From the NCBI GenBank assembly GCA_038215615.1, contig JBBQQR010000021.1, positions 1-41,833 of the forward strand: a stretch of 41,833 nucleotides of DNA. The letters are read 5' to 3'. This stretch comes from Vulcanimicrobiales bacterium (GTDB lineage: Bacteria; Vulcanimicrobiota; Vulcanimicrobiia; Vulcanimicrobiales; Vulcanimicrobiaceae). Positions within the stretch are counted from its first letter, which is position 1. The number at the start of each line of letters is the position of its first letter. Positions 16,354 through 24,792 of this stretch are shown here, in pieces. Both the position numbers and the translations under genes were made by a program. Below the pieces are notes generated by a model. That model ran no database searches. It was not told where the DNA came from and saw only the letters and a list, made by a program, of their open reading frames with translations.

Positions 16354-17813
16354 GTCAAACCCGCCATCAAACGGCCAATCTTTCCGCGTTCGAGCTCGGC
16401 GCCGGTGAACGAGCCGTTAATCTTTCCGCGGAACATCACGAGCACGCGATCCGCTAGCGCCAATATTTCGTCGAGCTCGAACGAGATGAGAAGAATCGCG
16501 CACCCGCGGTTACGTGCCTCGATCAGTCGCGACTGCACGAGCGCAGCCGCGCCGACATCGATACCGCGCGTTGGCTGGTACGCTAAAACGAAGCGCGGAT
16601 CGCCGAGCAACGCGCGCCCGACGAGCAGTTTCTGCTGGTTTCCGCCCGACAGCGTTCGCACCGGGACGTCGGCCGAAGCCGCGCGCACGTCAAATCGCTC
16701 GATGATCGCTTCGGCGTCGGCGCGGGCCGCGTTCCAGTCGGTAAGCGCGCCTTTACGAATGCCCGGTAAGTTCTGCCGCCCGAGAATGGCGTTTTCCACG
16801 ATCGACCAGTTGAGTACCAAACCCTCATGATGGCGGTCCTGCGGAACGATGCCGATGTTTTCGCGATGCTTTAACGCATTTTCGCTGCCGTCGAGCTCGA
16901 TCGCGCCCGTGTACGGGATCATTCCGGCGATCGCGTCGGCGAGCACAGTCTGACCGTTGCCTTCCACACCGGCGATGCCGACAATCTCGCCGGCGCTCAC
17001 CTCAAAAGACAGATTTGATACCGTCGTCGTATCGACGCCTGCGCTCAAATCGCGCACGCTTAAACACGGCTGCGTTCCGGTGGCTTCGCGCTGTGCGACT
17101 TGCGGCAACTCGCCGCCCACCATGGCGCGCGCGATCTCATCGGTGCTCGTCTGCGTCGTCTGGTAGCGCGCTACGATTTTGCCGTGACGCATTACGCTCA
17201 CACGCGTCGTGTAATCGATAACCTCTTGCAGTTTGTGCGTAACGACCAGGATCGCCGTGCCGCGTTTGGCGAGCTGCACAACTGTCGCGAAGAGCGTTGC
17301 AATCTCTGCAGGCGCCAGGGCTGCGGTCGGTTCGTCGAGCAGCAGCACCGACGGTTCGCGTTCGAGTTCGCGCAGAAGTTCGACACGCTGCTGCACGCCG
17401 ATCGGCAGCTCCTCAACGAGCGCATCCGGATCGATCGCTAAGCCGTTGCGTTCGGCGAGCTCCGCAACGCGCGACCGCGCCGCATCGACGTCGACCAGCA
17501 AGCCCTTGCGCGGCTCGCGTCCGAGCATGATGTTCTGCCATACGCGCAGGCGCCCGACCAGCTCGAAATGCTGGTGCACCAAACCGACGGTGCCGGCTGT
17601 TTCTATCGTACCGGCGTCGGGCTTGACGGCGCCGAAGGCGATATTCGCCAGCGTCGATTTGCCGGCGCCGTTTTCGCCGACGAGCGCGTGAATTTCACCC
17701 GGGAGCAGATCGAGATCGACGCCGTCGACCGCGATGACGCCGGGATAGACCTTGCGAATACCGCGCAGTGTTAGCGCGGCATTGGCGAGATCTAGAGCTT
17801 GACCGGTTTCCAG
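16350..17813 (-). CDS. Nucleoside/sugar ABC transporter ATP-binding protein with two NBDs; start uncertain
   Basis: The frame stays open upstream of the ORF-track start (17582) and contains LRGIRKVYPGVIAVDGV...GENGAGKST, followed by LLDEPT, LSGGNQQK and QPTRGIDVGA. No ATG/GTG/TTG precedes Walker A, so CTG 17813 is used provisionally. Confidence 0.85.
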   Translation of the reverse strand: METGQALDLANAALTLRGIRKVYPGVIAVDGVDLDLLPGEIHALVGENGAGKSTLANIAFGAVKPDAGTIETAGTVGLVHQHFELVGRLRVWQNIMLGREPRKGLLVDVDAARSRVAELAERNGLAIDPDALVEELPIGVQQRVELLRELEREPSVLLLDEPTAALAPAEIATLFATVVQLAKRGTAILVVTHKLQEVIDYTTRVSVMRHGKIVARYQTTQTSTDEIARAMVGGELPQVAQREATGTQPCLSVRDLSAGVDTTTVSNLSFEVSAGEIVGIAGVEGNGQTVLADAIAGMIPYTGAIELDGSENALKHRENIGIVPQDRHHEGLVLNWSIVENAILGRQNLPGIRKGALTDWNAARADAEAIIERFDVRAASADVPVRTLSGGNQQKLLVGRALLGDPRFVLAYQPTRGIDVGAAALVQSRLIEARNRGCAILLISFELDEILALADRVLVMFRGKINGSFTGAELERGKIGRLMAGLT

Positions 17814-18820
17814 GTCGTCAGTTCCTGCGGAGTCGACGGCGGTGTAATCTTGCCGCTTACGATGTCATCCCGGATGCTATCGACCAGCTCGATGTTGGCT
17901 CTGCCGATGATCGCGCGTGTATATTCGAAGTCGGTGAGCCCGACGCCGTTATCTTTCAAACCGAAGATCAAGTGGCCGGTGAGCGCCTTTTTCTGCTGAA
18001 CCGCCTGGGCGATCTTGAATACGGCGACGTCGACGTGCTTGACCATCGACGTGAGAATCTTGCCGGGCGCGAGGCTATCTTGGTCGGAATCGACGCCGAT
18101 CACGAACGAATTCGCGCGCGTCTTTACCGCATCGATCGCGCCGATGCCGGCTTTGCCCGCGGCGGCATAGACGATATCCGCGCCGCCGTTGAAGAGCACA
18201 TTGGCCAATTCTTGTCCGCCCGCCACGTCTTCGAACGAACCGACCCACTTCACGTCGACCTTCGTCGCGGGATCGATCTGATGCGCGCCGGCGATGTAGC
18301 CGACTTCGAACTTGCGCAGCAACGGGATATCCTGGCCGCCCAGAAACGCGATGTGATGTGTCTTGCTCACTAGCGCCGCGAGCGCGCCTGCCAAGAACGA
18401 TCCGTCTTCCTCTTTAAAAGTTGCCGAGACGACGTTTGGTTCGTCCACTACTGCGTCGATGATGGCATAATGCTGTTTCGGGTACTGCTTGGAGATCTGG
18501 TCGAGGTCTTTGTTCATCAAGAATCCGATCGCGTAGATCATATCCAAGTGTTTTTCAGAAAGCGCGGTCAGATTGGGCTGATAATCGGACGCCGAGCGCG
18601 ACTGCAGCACTTGCGTCTGTGCGCCGAGCAGTTTTTCCGCTCGTATCAGTCCGGCATGAGCCGAATCGTTGAACGATTTGTCTCCCAAGCCGCCCACGTC
18701 GGTCACCATGCCGAGTGCCAATTGTCCGGGGCGGGCCGCACCCGCGGCATGCTTACCACATCCGGTCAGCGTTAGGAACGCCGCAGCCGCGGCGCAGATA
18801 AAGATCGCCTTGTGCTTCAT
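17792..18820 (-). CDS. BMP family ABC substrate-binding lipoprotein (nucleoside-binding)
   Basis: Lipobox LTLTGC; GGLGDKSFN, FKEEDGSFLAG, IGVDSDQ, TSMVKHVD. Confidence 0.93.
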   Translation of the reverse strand: MKHKAIFICAAAAAFLTLTGCGKHAAGAARPGQLALGMVTDVGGLGDKSFNDSAHAGLIRAEKLLGAQTQVLQSRSASDYQPNLTALSEKHLDMIYAIGFLMNKDLDQISKQYPKQHYAIIDAVVDEPNVVSATFKEEDGSFLAGALAALVSKTHHIAFLGGQDIPLLRKFEVGYIAGAHQIDPATKVDVKWVGSFEDVAGGQELANVLFNGGADIVYAAAGKAGIGAIDAVKTRANSFVIGVDSDQDSLAPGKILTSMVKHVDVAVFKIAQAVQQKKALTGHLIFGLKDNGVGLTDFEYTRAIIGRANIELVDSIRDDIVSGKITPPSTPQELTTWKPVKL

Positions 18821-18900
18821 CGCGGTATCGTTAGCACAGCCGCGTCCCGAAGCCTCCGGGCCGAGCCGGGAGGCGTGAGAGCGTTCCCGAACGTGAGGGC

Positions 18901-20583
18901 GTGATGCAGGCGAAAAACCTCTCTGAAACGCCCCCGCGGCGCTGGTCGGAAGAATTGGGCGGCATTCGCTGGCTGCCTCGCTTGATCGACAAGTCGCGCG
19001 CCGCGATCGCCGGAAGCCTAAGTGACTATTGGTACGGCCAGAGTCCGATCGATCGCAGCATGCTCAACGCGTTCGGCCTGACGTACCGCGACTTTACCGG
19101 GATCGTGCGTGCCGCGGGCGATGACGACGAAGCCGTGCTAGCGGCGCTGGAGAAAAAAGTTCCCGAAGGCGTGAAGCGCGCGCGCGTCTGGAGCGACCGG
19201 CTTCCTTCTCGACAACGATGGATTCTTTTCCTCATCGATCTCGATGACGGCTACAACCCTGCACTGCGGCCCGTTCGCGGAATCGTGCGCGGCGTCACGG
19301 CACTGATGACGCGCTACATCCGTTACCGCTGGCCGGCGAAAGCGTCGGCGATCGGCCTCGAGATCGAAGTGCAAAAAGCCGGTGAACGCGCCGCCGCTGC
19401 AAGCGGCACCGATGAAGCGCCGTACCGCTGGCTGACGCCGGTCAACGTCGATATGGCTTGGAAAATTCTACTTTCGGTCGTGCTGATCGGCGTGATGCTC
19501 TATTATGCGATTCATTTCGTAGAGCGCATTAGGCTCGTCGCCCTTATTATTATCGGCGCGATCTTTTTTGCATACTTAATCTATCCGGTCGTTCGCTGGC
19601 TCAACCGCAAACTGCACCTGATACTGGCGATTCTCGTCGTTTACGCCGTCCTCATCGGGCTCATTGCTATCGGCCTGTCGTATCTCATTCCGTCGCTCTC
19701 CGCTGAATTTACAACGCTCTCGCACGACGGTCCCGCGATTCTCGTCAACATTCAAAAGTTTCTTACCAGCCCGCAAACGCCGATAATCGGTCACGCACCG
19801 GACGTCGTCCGCAAAGAACTCGCCCAGCTCCCAAATCAAGCCATCGTCTGGTTTCAAAGACACGGCGGCGGCGCCGCAACAGGCGCCGTAACCGTCCTGC
19901 TCGGCACGGCGGCTTTCTTGGGAGCAATGATTGCCATTCCCGTGTTGGCCGCGTACTTGCTCTTCGATTCGGAGATCATCAAGCGGTTCTTCATGGGGTT
20001 CGTTCCGGAGAAGCGCCGCGACGCAACGCTCGGTCTGCTCGGCGAGCTCGAGGAAGTCCTGGGCGGATTCATTCGCGGGCAATTGATCGTCGGCGGTTCC
20101 ATCGGCGTCATTATTGCGGTGGGCTTGATGCTGGTTCACGTGCCGTACGCAATTTTGATCGGAGCCGTCGCCGGTGCGTTGGACCTGATTCCATACATCG
20201 GCCCCGTCATCGCGTTCATTCCGGCGTTCACGATCGGTTTTTCGGCGGGCGGAATCGGTAAAGCCATGGCCGTCGCGGTGGTTTTCTTCATTGCGAACCA
20301 GCTCGAGGGCCACGTGATCGCGCCGAACATCGTGAGCCGCACGATCAAACTCTCCCCGAGCGCTATCGTATTGTCGGTACTCATTGGCGGCGAGCTCTAC
20401 GGAGTCGCGGGTATGTTCATCGCCGTCCCGATTGCCGGGATCATTCGCGTGCTGTTACTGCACGTGATTCCGGGATCGGTTAGCCGCGAAGAAGCCAAAC
20501 CGGTTCTCACCAAGGATCCGCAGGAGGTCGTTGAGGCCGACGCTCAAGCCGAGGCCGACGCTCAGAGCGTGGCCAAAACGTGA
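18901..20583 (+). CDS. DUF5069-like domain fused to AI-2E family transporter
   Basis: The N-terminal WLPRLIDKSRAAIAGSLSDYWYGQSPIDRSML...FLIDLDDG resembles DUF5069. The C-terminal AYLIYPVV, GGFIRGQL, IPYIGP, QLEGHVIAPNIV and GMFIAVP are AI-2E motifs. Confidence 0.8.
   Translation: MMQAKNLSETPPRRWSEELGGIRWLPRLIDKSRAAIAGSLSDYWYGQSPIDRSMLNAFGLTYRDFTGIVRAAGDDDEAVLAALEKKVPEGVKRARVWSDRLPSRQRWILFLIDLDDGYNPALRPVRGIVRGVTALMTRYIRYRWPAKASAIGLEIEVQKAGERAAAASGTDEAPYRWLTPVNVDMAWKILLSVVLIGVMLYYAIHFVERIRLVALIIIGAIFFAYLIYPVVRWLNRKLHLILAILVVYAVLIGLIAIGLSYLIPSLSAEFTTLSHDGPAILVNIQKFLTSPQTPIIGHAPDVVRKELAQLPNQAIVWFQRHGGGAATGAVTVLLGTAAFLGAMIAIPVLAAYLLFDSEIIKRFFMGFVPEKRRDATLGLLGELEEVLGGFIRGQLIVGGSIGVIIAVGLMLVHVPYAILIGAVAGALDLIPYIGPVIAFIPAFTIGFSAGGIGKAMAVAVVFFIANQLEGHVIAPNIVSRTIKLSPSAIVLSVLIGGELYGVAGMFIAVPIAGIIRVLLLHVIPGSVSREEAKPVLTKDPQEVVEADAQAEADAQSVAKT
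20533..20568 (+). repeat. Imperfect 18-bp tandem duplication (EADAQA/EADAQS) in the AI-2E tail
   Basis: gaggccgacgctcaagcc followed by gaggccgacgctcagagc. Confidence 0.7.
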
Positions 20584-21452
20584 GCAGTCCGCGCGTTGAC
20601 ATCATCGGCGTGCCGATGGATTTGGGCGCAAGCCGCCGCGGCGTCGACATGGGTCCGTCCGCGGTGCGTTACGCGCAGTTGCACGACCAGCTGCGCGCGC
20701 TCGGCATCGCGCGCATCGACGACCATGGAAACTTGCACGTGCCGATCCGCGAAGCAGTCGACGAGGACGACAAGCACGCGAAGTATCTCGACGTGATCGA
20801 TCGTGTTTGCGCCGAACTTTCAGAGATTGTCGAGCAAGCCGTGCGCGCCGGCGGATTTCCGATCGTGCTCGGCGGGGACCATTCCATTGCGATGGGAACG
20901 CTCCACGGCCTCAAACGCGCCCGCGGCCAGGCCGCCGGGCTGGTGTGGGTGGATGCGCACAGCGACATCAATAGCCCGAAGAGCTCGCCCTCGGGAAACG
21001 TGCATGGAATGCCGCTATGGTTCGCGCTCGAGCGCGGCTACGCCGATCCGAAACGCACCGTGCTGATCGGTTTGCGCGATGTCGAGCCCGAGGAAAAGGA
21101 AAACCTCCGCAGTTCGGGTGTGAAAGCGTTCACTATGAGCGATGTCGATCGCCTGACGATGGCGCGAGTAATGGAAGAAGCGATCGCCATCGCGGGAACG
21201 GGAGGGATACCGATACACGTCTCGTTCGATCTGGACGCCATCGATCCGCGCGAAGCGCCGGGCACCGGAACGCCGGTCAAGGGCGGCTTAAGCTTTCGCG
21301 AGGCGCACCTCGCTATGGAGCTGCTCGCCGAATCGGGCCAGCTCGGATCGATCGAAATGGTCGAGATCAATCCGATTCTCGACACGCGCAACCACACGGC
21401 GACACTGGCCGTCGGCTTAATTTGTTCCGGTCTAGGAAAGGCGATTCTATAA
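20580..21452 (+). CDS. rocF: Arginase
   Basis: GASRRGVDMGPSA, GGDHS, DAHSDIN, SGNVHGMP, SFDLDAIDP, PGTGTP; GTGA overlap with the upstream gene. Confidence 0.93.
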   Translation: MSSPRVDIIGVPMDLGASRRGVDMGPSAVRYAQLHDQLRALGIARIDDHGNLHVPIREAVDEDDKHAKYLDVIDRVCAELSEIVEQAVRAGGFPIVLGGDHSIAMGTLHGLKRARGQAAGLVWVDAHSDINSPKSSPSGNVHGMPLWFALERGYADPKRTVLIGLRDVEPEEKENLRSSGVKAFTMSDVDRLTMARVMEEAIAIAGTGGIPIHVSFDLDAIDPREAPGTGTPVKGGLSFREAHLAMELLAESGQLGSIEMVEINPILDTRNHTATLAVGLICSGLGKAIL

Positions 21453-22202
21453 TTTAATTGTTGCGACGCCTTCGCAACTGACGCCGCCGCCGCAGACCGC
21501 TGCGTCCCAAGTCGCGTTTGCAAGCAGTGTTTGAATTGCGCGTTGCGTCGCGTCGTCGAGCGGCGGATGGAATTCGATCTTCTTCGTGCGCCCATCATCG
21601 CCGACCGTTACGATCAGCACGACGTGCACGTTGAAGCGCTGCTGCAGTGCGGTCTTCACGCGCGGATCGAGAATGGGCGGCTGCTCCGCGCCGAACGGTG
21701 AAACGCCGCCGCGATCGTTCGCGCCTGCGCCGGTCATGGCGATATCGGACGTACCTTGCGGATTGGGCGAAGGCCCGGGGGCTCGCTGGAGCGTTTGGTC
21801 TTTCGGGGGCGTGATGCCCGGTGCGCGCGCGACCAGCGGCGCCGGCTGCTTTTCCGGTACGTCGCGCGGAGCCGCGGCGACCTGACCTTGCGGACCGTTC
21901 ACCGGTGTTGGGCGCGAATGGGGATTGTGATTCTTGGCGGTCAGCTCGCTATGGATGCGTTCGAAGGAGACCACCAGCGCGCGCCGCTTCGTTTTCGGCA
22001 TCGCGAGCGGAAGCGGGCGGGGATCTGCGCGCTTCTCGATGTGGATGTGGGCGATGTGTGCAAGCGAGAACGTTTCGACCGCTTCGGGTCCTGATGATAG
22101 TTGCGCGGGAATGAGGGGAATGATAAAGGCCACGGCCACATGGATGCCGAGCGAGACGGCAAAAGCGCGTCGCAACGGTCCGGCCCCATCAAGTGATTGC
22201 AA
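21447..22202 (-). CDS. Hypothetical membrane-anchored Pro-rich protein with TonB-like architecture
   Basis: N-terminal TM with SLGIH, Pro-rich linker and small C-terminal domain (VLIVTVGDDG); AAGGGG SD before TTG. Confidence 0.55.
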   Translation of the reverse strand: MQSLDGAGPLRRAFAVSLGIHVAVAFIIPLIPAQLSSGPEAVETFSLAHIAHIHIEKRADPRPLPLAMPKTKRRALVVSFERIHSELTAKNHNPHSRPTPVNGPQGQVAAAPRDVPEKQPAPLVARAPGITPPKDQTLQRAPGPSPNPQGTSDIAMTGAGANDRGGVSPFGAEQPPILDPRVKTALQQRFNVHVVLIVTVGDDGRTKKIEFHPPLDDATQRAIQTLLANATWDAAVCGGGVSCEGVATIKL

Positions 22203-22271
22203 GCAACGAGCCCCTTACGGTTAGAACGGATACTACGACCCGCGCCGTGACGGGCCCCCTTTAGGAGAAAA

Positions 22272-22529
22272 GTGCGGCCGACGAACATCGTTCTCTACCA
22301 AGCCGAGTGGTGCGGATACTGCGCGCGGGTGCGTGCCAAGCTCACGGACCTCTTGCTGGACTACAGGGTCGTCAACGTCCCGCCCAGCCACGCCCTGCGC
22401 ACGGTGGTGCGCGAAGTCTCCGGCCAGACGAGCATTCCCGTGATGGTTGATGGCGACGTCGTGCTCGACGACGACGACGACATCATCCCTTACCTCGAAA
22501 AAACCTACGGTCAGAAAGCCGTGGTGTAA
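22272..22529 (+). CDS. Glutaredoxin / GST-N-terminal-like protein
   Basis: WCGYC active site, VSGQTSIPVMVDG, IIPYLEKTYG; AGGAG SD. Confidence 0.85.
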   Translation: MRPTNIVLYQAEWCGYCARVRAKLTDLLLDYRVVNVPPSHALRTVVREVSGQTSIPVMVDGDVVLDDDDDIIPYLEKTYGQKAVV

Positions 22530-23296
22530 AGCGCAGCGGCGGCGCCGGCCGCAAGTGCGCCGGTAGCCGTCGCGATCGCGTTGACCGCGTCGTTGTCGAT
22601 TGCTCCCCACCCGCGCACCAGCGACGTCACGCTTCCGCAGAGATGCGGATCCGTTTCGCACAATCGTTGGCAGCGGCTGCAATAGCGCAGCGCTTGCAGC
22701 GTCGCGCCGAAAACTGAATCGGCCGTCGCTCCGGCAAATCCGGCGGCGGCAACGATCCACAACGGCGCTATTCCAACCGCCCATGCGACCAAACCGACGA
22801 CCAGCGCGGCGCCGATTTCGGCGACCGTTCCCGCGATGGTAACTCCGCCGGATAACCCGCGCGCGACTGCGCGGAAATTGGCGATCGACCGCGGAGTACT
22901 GCGCGCCAGCGTTCCCAGTTCGGTGCCCCAGGTGTCGGCAGCAGCCGCCGCTAACGCGCCCGCGAACGCGGCGGCGAGCACTGGAGATCGCGTGAAAGCG
23001 TAGGCGACGGCGCACGCTGCGGCAACGCCACCGTTTGCCAAAACTTGCCGTGCGTTGCGCGCTTTGCGCTTGTCGGTGTCGGTTATCGCCGCCTTGCGTT
23101 TCGATCCGAAGCGCGAGAGCGCGACCGCCGGCAGAAAAAAAGTGAAGAGCACGGCCGCAAAGCTCCACCCGCCCGCCGCAAAGATTGCGGTGCCGACGAT
23201 CGACGCGGCCACTGCTCCGCTTGCGCTTAGCGAGCGAGCGCGCCACGCGCCGAAAGCAACGATTGCCGCGAGTCCCGCGGCTGCGGCGACGCGGAT
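22511..23296 (-). CDS. DUF92 (TMEM19) family membrane protein; probable non-canonical ATC start
   Basis: RSLSASGA, RNARQVLANGG, ADTWGTELG, GLSGGVTIAGT, DSVFGATLQ, a CxxC...HxC cluster and NDAVN. The ORF-track extension to 24058 is a shadow of cobA-hemD. Confidence 0.85.
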   Translation of the reverse strand: MRVAAAAGLAAIVAFGAWRARSLSASGAVAASIVGTAIFAAGGWSFAAVLFTFFLPAVALSRFGSKRKAAITDTDKRKARNARQVLANGGVAAACAVAYAFTRSPVLAAAFAGALAAAAADTWGTELGTLARSTPRSIANFRAVARGLSGGVTIAGTVAEIGAALVVGLVAWAVGIAPLWIVAAAGFAGATADSVFGATLQALRYCSRCQRLCETDPHLCGSVTSLVRGWGAIDNDAVNAIATATGALAAGAAAALYTTAF

Positions 23297-24792
23297 TACG
23301 ATAGCGCTTCCACGAGGCCTTCCACGGTATGCTCGGGCGCAACGACACTCACGAGAAGTCCCGCGTCCTTTGCGGCCTGCGCGGTAATCGGACCAATGCA
23401 CGCGACGATCTTTCCGGCGCACGCGTCGCGCGCTGCCTGCGCCGATCCCAGATTGTGGACGAAACCGTCGACCGTGCCGGCGCTCGTGAACGTAACGATG
23501 TCGCTGCCCGAAACGCGCTGCGCGAACTGCGCGTCGTCCGTGAATACCGTTTTGTATGCTGCCACGATCGTCACCGGCCGGCCCGCCGCGTTCAGCCGGT
23601 CCGGCAGTACGTCGCGCGCTTCTTGAGCGCGGTACAGCAGTATCCGCTCGCCCTCGCGCGATGACGCTATTAACAGATCGGCGAGGTCTTCGGCGATGTA
23701 GCGCTGCGGAATGGCGTCGGCGCGCACGTTTCGCTCGAGTAGCGCTCGCGACGTTTTTAAACCGATAGCGGCTATTTTTGCGCCGCCGAAGATGCGCGCA
23801 TCGTCGCGGCGCGCATCGACGTAATCGAAGAAAACGCGTACGCCGTTGGCGCTGGTGAAGACGACCCAACTGTATTGCGCTGGATCGTGTGTCGCCCGCT
23901 CGGCCGCGGCCGCGTCGTCCGGCGGCACGATCGCAATAGCCGGCGCTGCGATCGGCTCGGCGCCAGCACGCGTCAGCGCGCGCGAGAGATCGTCGTGCGG
24001 ATCGGCGGGGCGCGTTATGAGCACACGTTTGCCGAAGAGCGGCAGCCTCTCGAACCAAGCGATTGCGTCGCGCAAGGCGACCACCGTCCCGACGATCACG
24101 ATCGCGGGCGCGCTTAACCCCTCGCGTTCGGCGTCACCGGCAATGGTGGCGAGCGTGCCCGTCACCGTGCGCTGCGAAGGCCGCGTTCCATTTGCGACGA
24201 CCGCCGCGGGATGATCGGCCGGCAAACCGTTCTGCATCAGGTTAGCGGTGATTTCGCGCAAATTGCGCATCGCCATCAGGAAGACCAGAGTTTGCTTGGG
24301 ATCGCTCAATCGCGGCCAATCGATCGCGGACGCGTTCTTCGCGGGATCTTCGTGCCCCGAGACGATCGTGAGCACCGTATTATGATCGCGATGCGTCACC
24401 GGAATGCCGGCATACGCCGGAGCTGCCAACGCGGAAGTTACTCCCGGGACGATCTCGAAGTCGATGCCGGCGGCATGCAGGGCTTGCGCCTCTTCGCCGC
24501 CCCGGCCGAAGAGAAACGGATCGCCGCCCTTCAAGCGCACGACCGTTTTTCCGGCGCGCGCTTTTTCGATCATGAGCGCTACGGTCTTCTCTTGGGCGAC
24601 GCTCTCCGCGCCTCCGCGCTTGCCGCAATAGATACGCTCGCACGCGGGCGAAACCAGCTCGACGATCGCATCCGACACGAGCGCGTCATACAGCACAACG
24701 TCGGCCCGACGCAATGCTTCGTGCGCGCGTAGTGTCAACAGACCGGGATCGCCGGGTCCCGCTCCGGTGAGAAAGACCTTACCGGTCGACAA
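23296..24792 (-). CDS. cobA: Uroporphyrinogen-III C-methyltransferase / uroporphyrinogen-III synthase fusion (CobA-HemD)
   Basis: GAGPGDPGLLT, RLKGGDPFLFGRGGEE and VPGVTS, followed by HemD motifs LFGKRVLITRP, VFTSANGV, TFTSAGTV and CIGPITA. Confidence 0.95.
   Translation of the reverse strand: MSTGKVFLTGAGPGDPGLLTLRAHEALRRADVVLYDALVSDAIVELVSPACERIYCGKRGGAESVAQEKTVALMIEKARAGKTVVRLKGGDPFLFGRGGEEAQALHAAGIDFEIVPGVTSALAAPAYAGIPVTHRDHNTVLTIVSGHEDPAKNASAIDWPRLSDPKQTLVFLMAMRNLREITANLMQNGLPADHPAAVVANGTRPSQRTVTGTLATIAGDAEREGLSAPAIVIVGTVVALRDAIAWFERLPLFGKRVLITRPADPHDDLSRALTRAGAEPIAAPAIAIVPPDDAAAAERATHDPAQYSWVVFTSANGVRVFFDYVDARRDDARIFGGAKIAAIGLKTSRALLERNVRADAIPQRYIAEDLADLLIASSREGERILLYRAQEARDVLPDRLNAAGRPVTIVAAYKTVFTDDAQFAQRVSGSDIVTFTSAGTVDGFVHNLGSAQAARDACAGKIVACIGPITAQAAKDAGLLVSVVAPEHTVEGLVEALS

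Noticed and set aside
18852..18893. Short inverted repeats GCCTCC/GGAGGC and CGTTC-CC-GAACG (similar CGCTT-CC-AAGCG at 41086-41097) as terminator or LexA box
   Set aside because: No U-tract, arms only 5-6 bp in GC-rich DNA, and orientation and spacing do not match GAAC-N4-GTTC.
23297..24058. Long N-terminal extension of the DUF92 ORF
   Set aside because: Alternate frame inside cobA-hemD with no protein-like composition.
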